Source of the DNA: Bryobacteraceae bacterium
GTDB lineage: Bacteria > Acidobacteriota > Terriglobia > Bryobacterales > Bryobacteraceae
NCBI GenBank assembly: GCA_041685075.1
Contig: JAWLGN010000001.1
Location: forward strand, 1-60,476
Reading direction: 5' to 3'
DNA length: 60,476 nt
Shown here: positions 36,518 to 45,670 of the stretch, piece by piece
How the letters are laid out: every line of letters begins with the position of its first letter
Numbering within the stretch: the first letter of the stretch is position 1
Notes under the pieces: generated by a model
Told to the model about the DNA's origin: nothing
The model's database searches: none
What the model saw: the letters and a program-made list of their open reading frames with translations, nothing else
Made by a program: the position numbers and the translations under genes

Positions 36518-37897
36518 ATGCAGACGGCGCGCAGCGGCGCCGCCCGCGGAGCTGAGATGCGCTTGCCGGTAGCCTTCCGCTCCCTGCGCTATCGCAACTA
36601 CCGGCTCTTCGCCGGGGGGCAGCTCATCACCCTGACCGGCACCTGGATGCAGAACGTGGCGCAGGCCTGGCTGGTCTACCGGCTTACCGGGTCGGCGGTG
36701 CTGCTGGGCGCCATCGGGTTCACCCAGCAGATCCCCGTATTTTTGTTGGGACCCGCGGGCGGCATTATAGCGGACCACTTCCATCGCCACCGCGTAGTGA
36801 TCGCCACCCAGTCGGCCTCCATGCTGCTGGCCGGCACGCTGGCGGCCCTGACGCTCTCCGGGGTGGTCGCAGTCTGGCACCTGTTCGTCATCGCCGCGCT
36901 GCTCGGTTGTGTCAACGCCGTCGACATCCCTTCACGGCAAGCCTTTGTTGTGGACATGGTATCGCGCGCCGATTTGGTGAACGCGATCGCACTGAACTCC
37001 TCGATGTTCAACAGCGCTCGCGTAGTGGGGCCGTCGGTGGCGGGTCTGCTGGTGGCCTGGTTCGGGGAGGGGTGGTGTTTCCTGATCAACGCGCTGTCCT
37101 ACAGCGGGGTATTGACGGGCCTTCTCATGATGAACGTCCGCGCACCGGTACGGCGGCCTCCTGAGGGTCCCGCCCTGGAGCACGCCGTCGCGGGATTTCG
37201 CTTCGTGGCGCAAAATCCGCCCATCCTGGCCCTGTTGCTCCTGCTGGGAACCATCAGCATCACCGCCATGCCTTATATCGTGCTGATGCCCATCTTCGCC
37301 GACGAAGTGCTGGGCCGGGGTCCGGCCGGGCTGGGCATCCTGATGGGCGCGAGCGGCGTAGGGGCGGTGGCCGGCGCGCTGCTGCTGGCCGCGCGGCAGG
37401 AGGTCCACGGGCTCGGCACCGTGGTGGCGCTGGCGGCGGCCGGTTTCGGAGCCCTCCTGATGGCCTTCTCCGCATCCCGCAACTTCTGGTTCTCGGTGGC
37501 GCTGCTGGTGCCGGTGGGCTTCTGCCAGATGCTCCAGATGGGATCCTCCAATACGCTCGTGCAGAGCATGTCGCCGGATCGCCTGCGCGGGCGCGTGATG
37601 GCGGCCTACTCCATGATGTTCATGGGGATGGCGCCCATGGGATCGCTGCTCGCCGGTCTATTGGCGGCGCGGTTCGGTGCGCCAATCACGGTGGCCCTGG
37701 GTGGCGCCGTGGCCCTGGCTGCGGCCGGCCTGTTTGCGCTGAATCTGCCCGCGCTCCGCGTTGCGGGGTGGCGCCTCATCGTGGCCCAGGAGATGGCCGG
37801 CGGCGACCCCGCGCAGGAGATTACCGGCGGCGGCCTGGCGCTCGACCCACAACCGGGGAATCCCGGCCCCGATCCCTCCATACCGCGCCCGAACTAG
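36518..37897 (+). CDS. MFS transporter (EntS/MFS_3-like)
   Basis: About 12 TM helices. N-terminal FRSLRYRNYRLFAGGQLITLTGTWMQNVAQAWLVY is typical of this MFS subfamily. The start at 36518 lies within the longer track ORF. Confidence 0.85.
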   Translation: MQTARSGAARGAEMRLPVAFRSLRYRNYRLFAGGQLITLTGTWMQNVAQAWLVYRLTGSAVLLGAIGFTQQIPVFLLGPAGGIIADHFHRHRVVIATQSASMLLAGTLAALTLSGVVAVWHLFVIAALLGCVNAVDIPSRQAFVVDMVSRADLVNAIALNSSMFNSARVVGPSVAGLLVAWFGEGWCFLINALSYSGVLTGLLMMNVRAPVRRPPEGPALEHAVAGFRFVAQNPPILALLLLLGTISITAMPYIVLMPIFADEVLGRGPAGLGILMGASGVGAVAGALLLAARQEVHGLGTVVALAAAGFGALLMAFSASRNFWFSVALLVPVGFCQMLQMGSSNTLVQSMSPDRLRGRVMAAYSMMFMGMAPMGSLLAGLLAARFGAPITVALGGAVALAAAGLFALNLPALRVAGWRLIVAQEMAGGDPAQEITGGGLALDPQPGNPGPDPSIPRPN

Positions 37898-38033
37898 CGC
37901 GCCGAACCCGGTGGTGCGCGTCGCCCTCGAGCGGCGCGCGCGAACCGCGGCGATTCCGTGTGGCGCATCTCGGGATAACCCCCATGGCGCCAGCCGCTAT
38001 GATGCTAAACTAGCGTTTCTTCTGGTGGTACTC

Positions 38034-38945
38034 ATGAGGTCTAATTTTTTCATCGTGTTGTGCGCCGGCCTCCTGCTCCTCGCGGGCGGGCCGGCGGCTT
38101 CCGCGGACGACGCTCAGGCCCCCGCCGGCCAGGCCGTCCAGCAACCCGCGCCGCCAACTGCTCCGAAGCCGCAGGCCGATCCTACCGAGGGACGGCCGTA
38201 TACCAGCGACGGCGCGGGATCGATCGCCCTCCAGTACTGGCTCACTCCGGCGCAACCCAAGCTGCGTAACGGCGATGCCGTACCCCAGGGCGGCAACGCT
38301 AACCTCGATTTCGCCCGCAACAACCGGCAGGCGGTCCCCGGAGTGACTCTGAGCCTGCCCGCCGGCAGTAACCATACTCTGCGCTTCTCCTACTTCCGCA
38401 CCCAGGGGCAGGGAAACACCACCTCGCCCGGCGACCTCGCCATATTCGATACGGTTTACGAGCCGGGCGACTACCTCTCCACCGGGTACACGCTCCAGAA
38501 CGCCAAGATCTCGTTCGACTATCTCTCCTGGCCGTTCCCCGTGAACTTCCGCAGCATCCGTATCAAAACATTGTGGGAGATGCAGTTCACCACCATCCGC
38601 TACACCCTGAACGCACCGCTGAAACCTACCGAGGACGATAAGGGCAATTTCATCAACAACGTGGCGGAAGGCTCCCACACGTTTGTCTATCCTACGTTCG
38701 GGTTGGGGGTGGAGAAATTCCTGTCGCGCAAGTGGCGCGTGGAGGCCAAGGCCAGCGGCTTCGCTCTGCCCAACCGGCCCGCGGTGCTCGACGCGGACGC
38801 CTTCGTGGCCTACTGCGGCGGTTCTTACGAGTTCATGGTGGGGGCGCGCGGCTTCCACTTCCGCACCTCGCCCCGGGAAGAGCACTTCATGCGGGGCACC
38901 TTCACCGGAGCTTACGTCGGGCTGCGCTGGTATCCCGGTCGTTGA
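38034..38945 (+). CDS. hypothetical exported protein, outer-membrane beta-barrel-like
   Basis: ATG 38034 gives signal peptide MRSNFFIVLCAGLLLLAGGPAASA. Pro/Ala linker, then alternating-pattern beta strands rich in Y/F/W. Confidence 0.5.
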   Translation: MRSNFFIVLCAGLLLLAGGPAASADDAQAPAGQAVQQPAPPTAPKPQADPTEGRPYTSDGAGSIALQYWLTPAQPKLRNGDAVPQGGNANLDFARNNRQAVPGVTLSLPAGSNHTLRFSYFRTQGQGNTTSPGDLAIFDTVYEPGDYLSTGYTLQNAKISFDYLSWPFPVNFRSIRIKTLWEMQFTTIRYTLNAPLKPTEDDKGNFINNVAEGSHTFVYPTFGLGVEKFLSRKWRVEAKASGFALPNRPAVLDADAFVAYCGGSYEFMVGARGFHFRTSPREEHFMRGTFTGAYVGLRWYPGR

Positions 38946-38979
38946 AGACGGTGGCCATCGGCTTGCACCGGACAGGCCG

Positions 38980-39657
38980 ATGACCAAGGGATTCGTCTTC
39001 GACGTGGACGGTACGCTGGTGGACTCGGTGGACCTGCACGCTCGCGCGTGGCAGGAAACCCTGCGCCGTTTCGGCCGGGAAGTCTCCTTCGAGGAGGTGC
39101 GCGCTCAGATCGGCAAGGGCGGCGATCAACTCATGCCCGTCTTCCTGCCGCCGGAGCAAGTGGAGCGCCGCGGCGAGGAGATCTCCGAATATCGCGACAA
39201 CCTCTTCCGCCGGGAGTACCTGGGCCGCGTGCGCCCGTTCCCCAAGGTGAAGGAACTGTTCGAGCGCGCCCGGTTCAACGGTCTGCGCATCGCGCTGGCC
39301 TCCTCCTCGCCGGAGGACGAGGTGGAGCACTACATCGACCTACTCGACGTTGGCAGCCTGATCCATGCCTACACCTCTGCCGACGATGCGGCCCGGAGCA
39401 AACCCTTCCCCGATATCTTCCGCGCGGCCATCTCGAGGCTGGAACTGCGCCCGCAAGAGCTGGTGATATTCGGCGATTCACCGTACGATGCCGAAGCCGC
39501 CGTGCGGCTGGGGTCTCCCGTGATCGGGCTGCGCTGCGGCGGCTTTGCGGAGTCGGACCTGCGGGCCGCCGGGTGCGTAGCCGTCTACGACGACCCGGCG
39601 GACCTGTTGCGGGATTACACGGCGCTGGAGGCGCTGGCGGTGCGGCCCGCCGCGTAG
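38980..39657 (+). CDS. HAD-superfamily hydrolase (subfamily IA)
   Basis: Motif I FVFDVDGTLVDS, motif II LASSS, motif III/IV K...GDSPYD. Confidence 0.85.
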   Translation: MTKGFVFDVDGTLVDSVDLHARAWQETLRRFGREVSFEEVRAQIGKGGDQLMPVFLPPEQVERRGEEISEYRDNLFRREYLGRVRPFPKVKELFERARFNGLRIALASSSPEDEVEHYIDLLDVGSLIHAYTSADDAARSKPFPDIFRAAISRLELRPQELVIFGDSPYDAEAAVRLGSPVIGLRCGGFAESDLRAAGCVAVYDDPADLLRDYTALEALAVRPAA

Positions 39658-39662
39658 CACGC

Positions 39663-40391
39663 CTACCGGCGCGGCGGCCGGCGGTCGCGGTCCAGGGTGC
39701 GATCTACGTCCTCGGTGAGGCTGTCCCGCGGGCGTGTCTCGGTGGTGTGGGTTTCCGTGGTATGAATCTCCGCCGGGTGCTCCTCGACGCCCGGCTCCCC
39801 GGTTGCCAGCGGATCGCTTCTACCCGCCGTGCGGGTGCGCGGCACGGGTTTCTCGGAGGCGGCAAAATCGGCGCGTGCCTCGCCGGCCGAGGAGATGTCC
39901 TCCGCACCGGTCTGCCGCAGCACGTCTTTTGCGCGCCGCACCCAGTCGCTGTTGTCACAGTGCACCGAGAGCAGCAGCCCGCCCTGGCGGATGCGTCCTT
40001 CGTACCGCTTGGCCTCGTACTCCGGCAGTCCCATGCCGGCCAGGGCGCCGACGACGCCGCCGGTGATCCCCAGGGCGCCGGCGCCGGCCAGCGCCGCCAC
40101 GATGGGGCCGGCGGCGATGAACGGCCCCACTCCCGGAATGGCCAGCGCGCCGATGCCCGCCAGCCAGCCCAGCACGCCCCCGGTAGCCGCGCCCACCACG
40201 CCGCCTGTAGTGGCGCCTTCAGGCGCCTTGCTGGATTTGCGGTGCCCGAGATCCTTGCTGCCCGTGTTGTCCGGCAGCAGCACCGAAATATCGGTCTGGC
40301 GGAATCCGGCCGCGCGGAGTGTGTCGACGGCTTCCTCGATCCCCTCCCGGTCGCGGTAGATCCCAAAGACGGCTGTATTTTTGCCTGCCAT
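39663..40391 (-). CDS. general-stress-like protein with glycine-zipper membrane segment
   Basis: Soluble N-terminal domain (VFGIYRDREGIEEAVDTLRAAGF), a Gly/Ala-rich zipper (GGVVGAATGGVLGWLAGIGALAIPGVGPFIAAGPIVAALAGAGALG), a second soluble domain, and an acidic tail with an HTTET HTTET repeat. AAGGAG SD. Confidence 0.6.
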   Translation of the reverse strand: MAGKNTAVFGIYRDREGIEEAVDTLRAAGFRQTDISVLLPDNTGSKDLGHRKSSKAPEGATTGGVVGAATGGVLGWLAGIGALAIPGVGPFIAAGPIVAALAGAGALGITGGVVGALAGMGLPEYEAKRYEGRIRQGGLLLSVHCDNSDWVRRAKDVLRQTGAEDISSAGEARADFAASEKPVPRTRTAGRSDPLATGEPGVEEHPAEIHTTETHTTETRPRDSLTEDVDRTLDRDRRPPRR

Positions 40392-40559
40392 AAATGGCGC
40401 TCCTTATACTCCGGACGGAGTAACCGGGCGGCTGCCCGGTCCCGTCCCTGGAGTTGTATTGCATTGCGCGGGCCACAGCGAAAATGCGCACGCCGAAGCG
40501 CCCGTCAAACGGATAGAATTGAGGTTTACCGTCCACCTCAACCAAGGAGTGTAGAAGCG

Positions 40560-41408
40560 ATGAGTATGGAGACCAGCCGCCGCGGCTTCCTGGCCGGCGC
40601 CGGGGCCATGGGCATGAGTATGGGGCTGAGCGCGGGGGCCGCCGGTGCCGCCGTCGAGAACGACACCCTGGGATTCAAGCTGGGGGTGGCCACCTATTCC
40701 TTGCGCGAGTTCCAGCGCGGGCTGGCCATTCGTATGATCCGGCAGTTGCAGACTCCCTACGTCAGTATCAAGGAGTTCCACCTGTGGATCTCGGCTGCGC
40801 CTTCCGAATGGCAGCGGGGCCGCAGAGACTTCGAAAAAGCCGGGCTGCGGATTATGAGCGGCGGCAACATCAGCTTCCCCACCACCGACGAAGCCGACAT
40901 TCGCCGCAAGTTCGAATACGCCAAGACCACCGGGATGCCGATGATGGTCTGCGCCCCCACCCACGAGAGCTTGCCCGTGGTGGAGAAGTTCGTCAAGGAG
41001 TACAACATCAAGATCGCCATCCACAACCATGGGCCGGAGGACAAGCACTTCCCCACGCCGCAATCGGTGCTCAAAGCCGTAAAGAACATGGACCCGCGCT
41101 GCGGCCTGTGCATCGACCTGGGCCACTCCGCGCGCACCGGTGTGGACCTGGTGGAAAGCCTGGTGGAGGCCGGCAACCGGCTCTTCGACGTCCACATCAA
41201 GGACCTGCGCTCCCTCTCCGACAAGGCCAGCCAGTGCGACGTGGGCGACGGCGCCATGCCGGTGGTGGCTATCTTCAAGCAGTTGCACAAGATGGGCTAC
41301 ACGGGATGCGTCAACCTGGAGTACGAAATCAACGGCAGCGATCCTTTGCCCGGGATGCTGAAATCGTTCTCCTACATGCGGGGCGTTCTGGCGGGGTTGA
41401 AGGGCTGA
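40560..41408 (+). CDS. Tat-exported sugar phosphate isomerase/epimerase (xylose-isomerase-like TIM barrel)
   Basis: Tat motif SRRGFLAGAGAMG. TIM-barrel family segments IAIHNH, DLGH, NLEYE. AAGGAG SD before ATG 40560. Confidence 0.85.
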   Translation: MSMETSRRGFLAGAGAMGMSMGLSAGAAGAAVENDTLGFKLGVATYSLREFQRGLAIRMIRQLQTPYVSIKEFHLWISAAPSEWQRGRRDFEKAGLRIMSGGNISFPTTDEADIRRKFEYAKTTGMPMMVCAPTHESLPVVEKFVKEYNIKIAIHNHGPEDKHFPTPQSVLKAVKNMDPRCGLCIDLGHSARTGVDLVESLVEAGNRLFDVHIKDLRSLSDKASQCDVGDGAMPVVAIFKQLHKMGYTGCVNLEYEINGSDPLPGMLKSFSYMRGVLAGLKG

Positions 41409-42032
41409 TTGAGCAGCGCGGTTCGGCACCTCTGGGGCTGGGTATTGGTCTTCCTGGGCCTGCTCGGACTCATTATGCCCATTATGCCCGGCTGGGTGTT
41501 TCTGATCCCGGGGCTGGTGATCCTGTCCGATCACTTTCCCTCCGTGCGCCGGCTGGTGGAATGGGCCAAACGCAAGGCGCAGCTCGACCGCCTGCGCGAC
41601 CACATGCGGGGGAGAAAGCAGGCTATGGCAGAGATTCCAATCGGAACCATACATGAAGAGGGCTTCCTGGTTACCAGCGAGGTGGCGGTGGATTTCCTGG
41701 GGGTAGAGGACGCCCGCGTGCTGGCCACCCCCAGGTTGATCGGCGGCCTGGAGCGCACCTGCCGCAACGCCGTGCTGCCTTTTCTCGAGCCGGGGAACGA
41801 CACCGTGGGCACCCACGTGAACGTTTACCACCTCTCCGCCACCCCCATCGGGATGCGGGTGAGCTTCCGCGCCGAGGTGGTTTCAGTAGAGGAGCGCCGC
41901 GTGAATTTCAAGGTGGAGGCCTTCGACGAGGCCGGAAAAATCGCGGAGGGCACCCATCAGAGGGCGGTGGTCAACGTGGAGCGCTTCGCCGGGCGCGTGC
42001 GGAAAAAGCGCGAGGAGCACGCCCCCGGCTGA
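41409..42032 (+). CDS. PGPGW-type membrane segment fused to hotdog-fold thioesterase
   Basis: N-terminal WVLVFLGLLGLIMPIMPGWVFLIPGLVILS (PGPGW-like), then a fluoroacetyl-CoA-thioesterase-like core (VLATPRLIGGLERTCRNAV...GTHVNVYHLSATPIG...EGTHQRAVV). TTG start abuts the previous stop. An internal start (MAEIPIG) is possible. Confidence 0.55.
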   Translation: MSSAVRHLWGWVLVFLGLLGLIMPIMPGWVFLIPGLVILSDHFPSVRRLVEWAKRKAQLDRLRDHMRGRKQAMAEIPIGTIHEEGFLVTSEVAVDFLGVEDARVLATPRLIGGLERTCRNAVLPFLEPGNDTVGTHVNVYHLSATPIGMRVSFRAEVVSVEERRVNFKVEAFDEAGKIAEGTHQRAVVNVERFAGRVRKKREEHAPG

Positions 42033-42078
42033 CGCCTTTTTTCGGTACCCTTTCACCTATGCTTCGTCCAACTGAGCG

Positions 42079-42696
42079 ATGGCCCGGGATGGAGCCGCAG
42101 CGGCAGGCGCCCTCGTGAGCCCGAAACTTGACGAAGCAACCCTGATCCGGGCGGTCCAGCACGGTGACCGGGACGCCTTCGAGCAGCTTGTGCGGGCCTA
42201 CGACCGGGATGTGCTGCGCCTGGCCATGAACCTGCTGCGGTCGCCCGAAGATGCCCGGGATGTCTATCAGGAGGCATTTTTGCGGGTCTACCGCAATATC
42301 GGTTCGTTTCGGTTCGATTGCAGTTTCCATACCTGGCTCTACAGAATCGTCACCAACATTTGCCTGGATCACCTGAGGAAGCGAAAGGTGCGTAAAGAAG
42401 AGCAGACGGTAGTGGAGACCGCCGCGGGCACGGTGGACCGCGGGGAGTTGGTCCAGGAACGCGGCCCCGCGGCCGATCCCGAGCGGAGCTGCATGAACCG
42501 TGAGTTGGCGGCGCGCATCGATGCCGCCCTGCGGGATCTCACCCCGCGCGAGCGCATGGTCTTCGAGTTGCGCCATTACCAGGGACTGCGCCTGCGCCAG
42601 ATCGGCGAAACGCTGGGCACCAGCGAGGAAGCCGCCAAGAACTGCCTGTTCCGGGCCACCCAGAAGATGCGTGTCATGCTGGGGGAGTTTGTATGA
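42079..42696 (+). CDS. ECF (group 4) RNA polymerase sigma factor
   Basis: Region 2 (DVYQEAFLRVYRNIGSF...WLYRIVTNICLDHLR) and region 4 (RERMVFELRHYQGLRLRQIGETLGTSEEAAKNCLFRA). Confidence 0.88.
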   Translation: MARDGAAAAGALVSPKLDEATLIRAVQHGDRDAFEQLVRAYDRDVLRLAMNLLRSPEDARDVYQEAFLRVYRNIGSFRFDCSFHTWLYRIVTNICLDHLRKRKVRKEEQTVVETAAGTVDRGELVQERGPAADPERSCMNRELAARIDAALRDLTPRERMVFELRHYQGLRLRQIGETLGTSEEAAKNCLFRATQKMRVMLGEFV

Positions 42697-43616
42697 GCTG
42701 CGAGAGATTGCATCCGTTGATTCCGCTGTATCACTACGGCGAACTGCCGCCGGAGGAAGAGGAGCGGCTCGAGCAGCACCTGGAAAGCTGCGAGAGCTGC
42801 CGGAGCGAAGTGGAGCGGCAAAAGCGGCTGGCCGCGGCGCTGGATGCCCGCGAGATGCCGCTGCCGGACGGGCTGCTGGCCGAGTGCCGCCACGAACTGA
42901 TGCGCGCGGTCTACCGCGGCGAGGCGCCGGCCCTCCCTCGTCGCGCGGGCGTGTGGCCGGCCTTCCGCGAGGGCTTTGCGGCCCTGTTCGCCTCGCTTTC
43001 CAGGGTGAGGGTGCCGGCCGGCGCGGTGGCTCTTATCGCGCTGGGCTGGTTCGCCGCACGCCTGACCATGCCCACCGAGCGCATCCCGGTGGAACCCGCC
43101 GACGTGGTCTACTCCACCATCCGGTCCATCCGGCCGGCCGCGGCCGGGCGCGTGGAGATCGCGGTGGACGAGACGCGCCGCCGGGTGGTTTCGGGACCGC
43201 TCGAAGACGGCGATATCCGCCGGCTGCTGCTGGCCGCGGCGCGGGAGCAGGAAAACCCCGCCGTGCGAGTGGAATCGGTAGGGTTGTTGAAGGACCAGCC
43301 CATCACCCCGATGGTGCGGGAGGTGCTGCTTACCGCCGCCCAGAACGATCCCAACCCCGCGGTGCGCCTGAAGGCCGTGGAGGCGCTCAAGCCTGTGGCG
43401 GCGGATACGGCGGTTCGTGATGTTCTGGCCCAGGTGCTGCTGACGGATGAAAATCCGGGTGTGCGGATTCGCTCGATCGACCTGCTGGTAGAGCACCGCG
43501 ACGGCTCCATGGTGGGGCTGTTGCAGCGAGTGGTGCAGCGCGACAGCAACAGCTACATCCGGCTGAAGAGCGAGCGCGCGCTGCGCGAGATGAACGCCTC
43601 GATCGGGACCTTCTAG
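42693..43616 (+). CDS. zf-HC2 anti-sigma factor with extracytoplasmic HEAT-like repeats
   Basis: H-x3-C-x2-C (EQHLESCESC), TM helix (AGAVALIALGWFAARL), C-terminal repeats NPAVRVESVGLL / NPAVRLKAVEALK / NPGVRIRSIDLL. ATGA overlap with the sigma gene. Confidence 0.7.
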   Translation: MSCERLHPLIPLYHYGELPPEEEERLEQHLESCESCRSEVERQKRLAAALDAREMPLPDGLLAECRHELMRAVYRGEAPALPRRAGVWPAFREGFAALFASLSRVRVPAGAVALIALGWFAARLTMPTERIPVEPADVVYSTIRSIRPAAAGRVEIAVDETRRRVVSGPLEDGDIRRLLLAAAREQENPAVRVESVGLLKDQPITPMVREVLLTAAQNDPNPAVRLKAVEALKPVAADTAVRDVLAQVLLTDENPGVRIRSIDLLVEHRDGSMVGLLQRVVQRDSNSYIRLKSERALREMNASIGTF

Positions 43617-43618
43617 CC

Positions 43619-44770
43619 ATGCGGAAGCTGTGCATTCTGGCCTGTCTGGCGGCGCTTCCCGCGGCTGCCCAGAGCGCCGTTACCCGTGAAGACGACTACT
43701 GGGTCCGGACCCTGACGGGCGTCGAAGCACTGCCGCCGGAGGCGCGCCTGCAAGTCGTTTCTGAAGGCGCCGTAGTGGTGACCGGGGCCGATGAAGCCAG
43801 GCTGCGATGGCAACTGAAGGCCCGCACCCGGGCGGAGGGAGAGGCCGAGGCGCGCCGCCGCCTGGAATCCGTATCCGTCAAGTTCTCGAAGACCGCGGGC
43901 AAGCACCTCCTGGCCGTTCATCGCGGCGGAGCCGCGGATGCCGGACTGAAGCTCGTGGTTCCCCGCAGCCTCCCGGCGCTCGCGGTGATCACCCGGGAGG
44001 GCAGCGTGAATGCCTCCGGGCTGGCATCGGACAGCATCACCCTGGCGAGCGGCGCGGGCGCCATCCATGCAGGCCGCCTGGAGGGCAACCTGGTGGCCCG
44101 CACGGCCGGCGGAGCGATCGATCTCGGCGAAATTCGCGGCTCGGCGCGCTGCTCCACCGCGGGCGGTAATATCACTGCCCGGCACATCGGCGGCAACGCA
44201 GTGCTCGAAACCGGCGGCGGCGATGTGGACGTGAACGAAATCGGCGGTGACGCCCGGGCCGAGTCGGGCGGCGGCCGCGTGCGCATCGGGCGCGCCGGCG
44301 CCCAGTTGGTGGTGAGCACCGGAGGCGGCCGCATCGAAATCGGAGAGGCGCGCGGCATGCTGGTGCTGCGGAGCGCGGCCGGAGCCGTGCACGTGGGCGC
44401 CGCTCCCCACGGAGTGCGCTGCGAAACCGCCGGCGGCCCCATTCATCTCTCGAAGGTGGCGGGCAGCCTCCGCGCTTCCACTACCATCGGCAACATCGTG
44501 GCCCAACTGCTCGCCAACCGGCCGCTTGAAGACTCCTTCCTGAGCACCGCCCGAGGTGACATTACCGTTCTCATCCCGTCTAACTTGAGTGTGAAGATCC
44601 ACGCCGCCAACGAGTTGTCCGGCGGAAGCCGCCGCATCGTTTCCGACTTCGCCGAGATTACCACCCAGGTGCGCGGCGCCCAGGTCGTCGCGGAAGGCGT
44701 TCTCAACGGCGGCGGTCCGCTGCTGCGCATCATCGGCACGGGCGGAACCATCTTCATCAAACGCCAGTAG
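43619..44770 (+). CDS. DUF4097-family (YvlB-like) beta-helical repeat protein, secreted
   Basis: Signal peptide MRKLCILACLAALPAAAQS. Repeats GGAIDLGEIRGSARCSTAGGNITARHIGGNAVLETGGGDVDVNEIGGDARAESGGGRVRIG... Confidence 0.75.
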   Translation: MRKLCILACLAALPAAAQSAVTREDDYWVRTLTGVEALPPEARLQVVSEGAVVVTGADEARLRWQLKARTRAEGEAEARRRLESVSVKFSKTAGKHLLAVHRGGAADAGLKLVVPRSLPALAVITREGSVNASGLASDSITLASGAGAIHAGRLEGNLVARTAGGAIDLGEIRGSARCSTAGGNITARHIGGNAVLETGGGDVDVNEIGGDARAESGGGRVRIGRAGAQLVVSTGGGRIEIGEARGMLVLRSAAGAVHVGAAPHGVRCETAGGPIHLSKVAGSLRASTTIGNIVAQLLANRPLEDSFLSTARGDITVLIPSNLSVKIHAANELSGGSRRIVSDFAEITTQVRGAQVVAEGVLNGGGPLLRIIGTGGTIFIKRQ

Positions 44771-44785
44771 AGCAGGGAACTTACA

Positions 44786-45664
44786 ATGAGAAGCGCATTT
44801 CTAACTGTCATCGCTATCATTTCGGCGGGAACGCTGTTGGCGCAACAGCCCAAGCCGCCGGATCCCCCCAACCCGCCCCGTCCGGCGCCGCGCAGCATCT
44901 ACGTGAGAGGCGGCAGCGGCCCCTATCTGGGGATCGGGGTGGCCGACGTTAATACCGAACGCGCTAAAGAGCTGAAGCTGCCCGAGGAGCGCGGCGTGGA
45001 GGTGAAGAGCGTCACGCCGGACGGCCCCGCAGCCAAGGCGGGTATTCAGGAAGGCGACGTGGTGCTGGAATACAACGGGCAGCGCGTGGAGGGGAGGGAA
45101 TCGCTGCTTCGCATGGTGCGGGAAACGCCAGCCGGCCGCCAGGTCAGGCTAGAGGTCTGGCGCAACGGTGCCTCCCAGACCCTCACCGCCACGCTCGGCA
45201 AGCGGCCGCGCGGTGTCATCTACGGCCAGGATGGCCGGGAGTGGACCATCGACATACCGGAGATGCCCAACATCGTCATCCCCCGTATTCCGGATGCGCC
45301 GCGCCCCACGCTCTCCTGGCGCAGCAGCATGCTGGGGGTTGAGAGCGAGTCGCTGAACTCGCAATTAGCGGAGTACTTCGGGGTGAAAGAAGGGGTGCTG
45401 GTGCGCTCGGTAGTGCGGGACTCGCCGGCCGAGAAGGCGGGCATCAAGGCCGGGGACGTCATCGTCAAGCTCGACGGCACGGCCGTAACCAGCCCGCGCG
45501 AGATCTCGAGCGTGCTGCGTTCGCTGCGCGGCGCCAAGCGCACGGTGCCGGTCATCATCGTGCGGGAGCGCAAGGAACGGACCCTGATGGTCACCCTGGA
45601 GGAACCCGCCCCACGCGCGCCGGCACGCATCCGCACCGTAGGCTTTGAGGTAGCCGCCTGCTGA
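44786..45664 (+). CDS. secreted protein with two PDZ domains
   Basis: Signal peptide. Two PDZ-like units (GVEVKSVTPDGPAAKAGIQEGDVVLEYNG and GVLVRSVVRDSPAEKAGIKAGDVIVKLDG). Confidence 0.75.
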   Translation: MRSAFLTVIAIISAGTLLAQQPKPPDPPNPPRPAPRSIYVRGGSGPYLGIGVADVNTERAKELKLPEERGVEVKSVTPDGPAAKAGIQEGDVVLEYNGQRVEGRESLLRMVRETPAGRQVRLEVWRNGASQTLTATLGKRPRGVIYGQDGREWTIDIPEMPNIVIPRIPDAPRPTLSWRSSMLGVESESLNSQLAEYFGVKEGVLVRSVVRDSPAEKAGIKAGDVIVKLDGTAVTSPREISSVLRSLRGAKRTVPVIIVRERKERTLMVTLEEPAPRAPARIRTVGFEVAAC

Positions 45665-45670
45665 ACGGCG

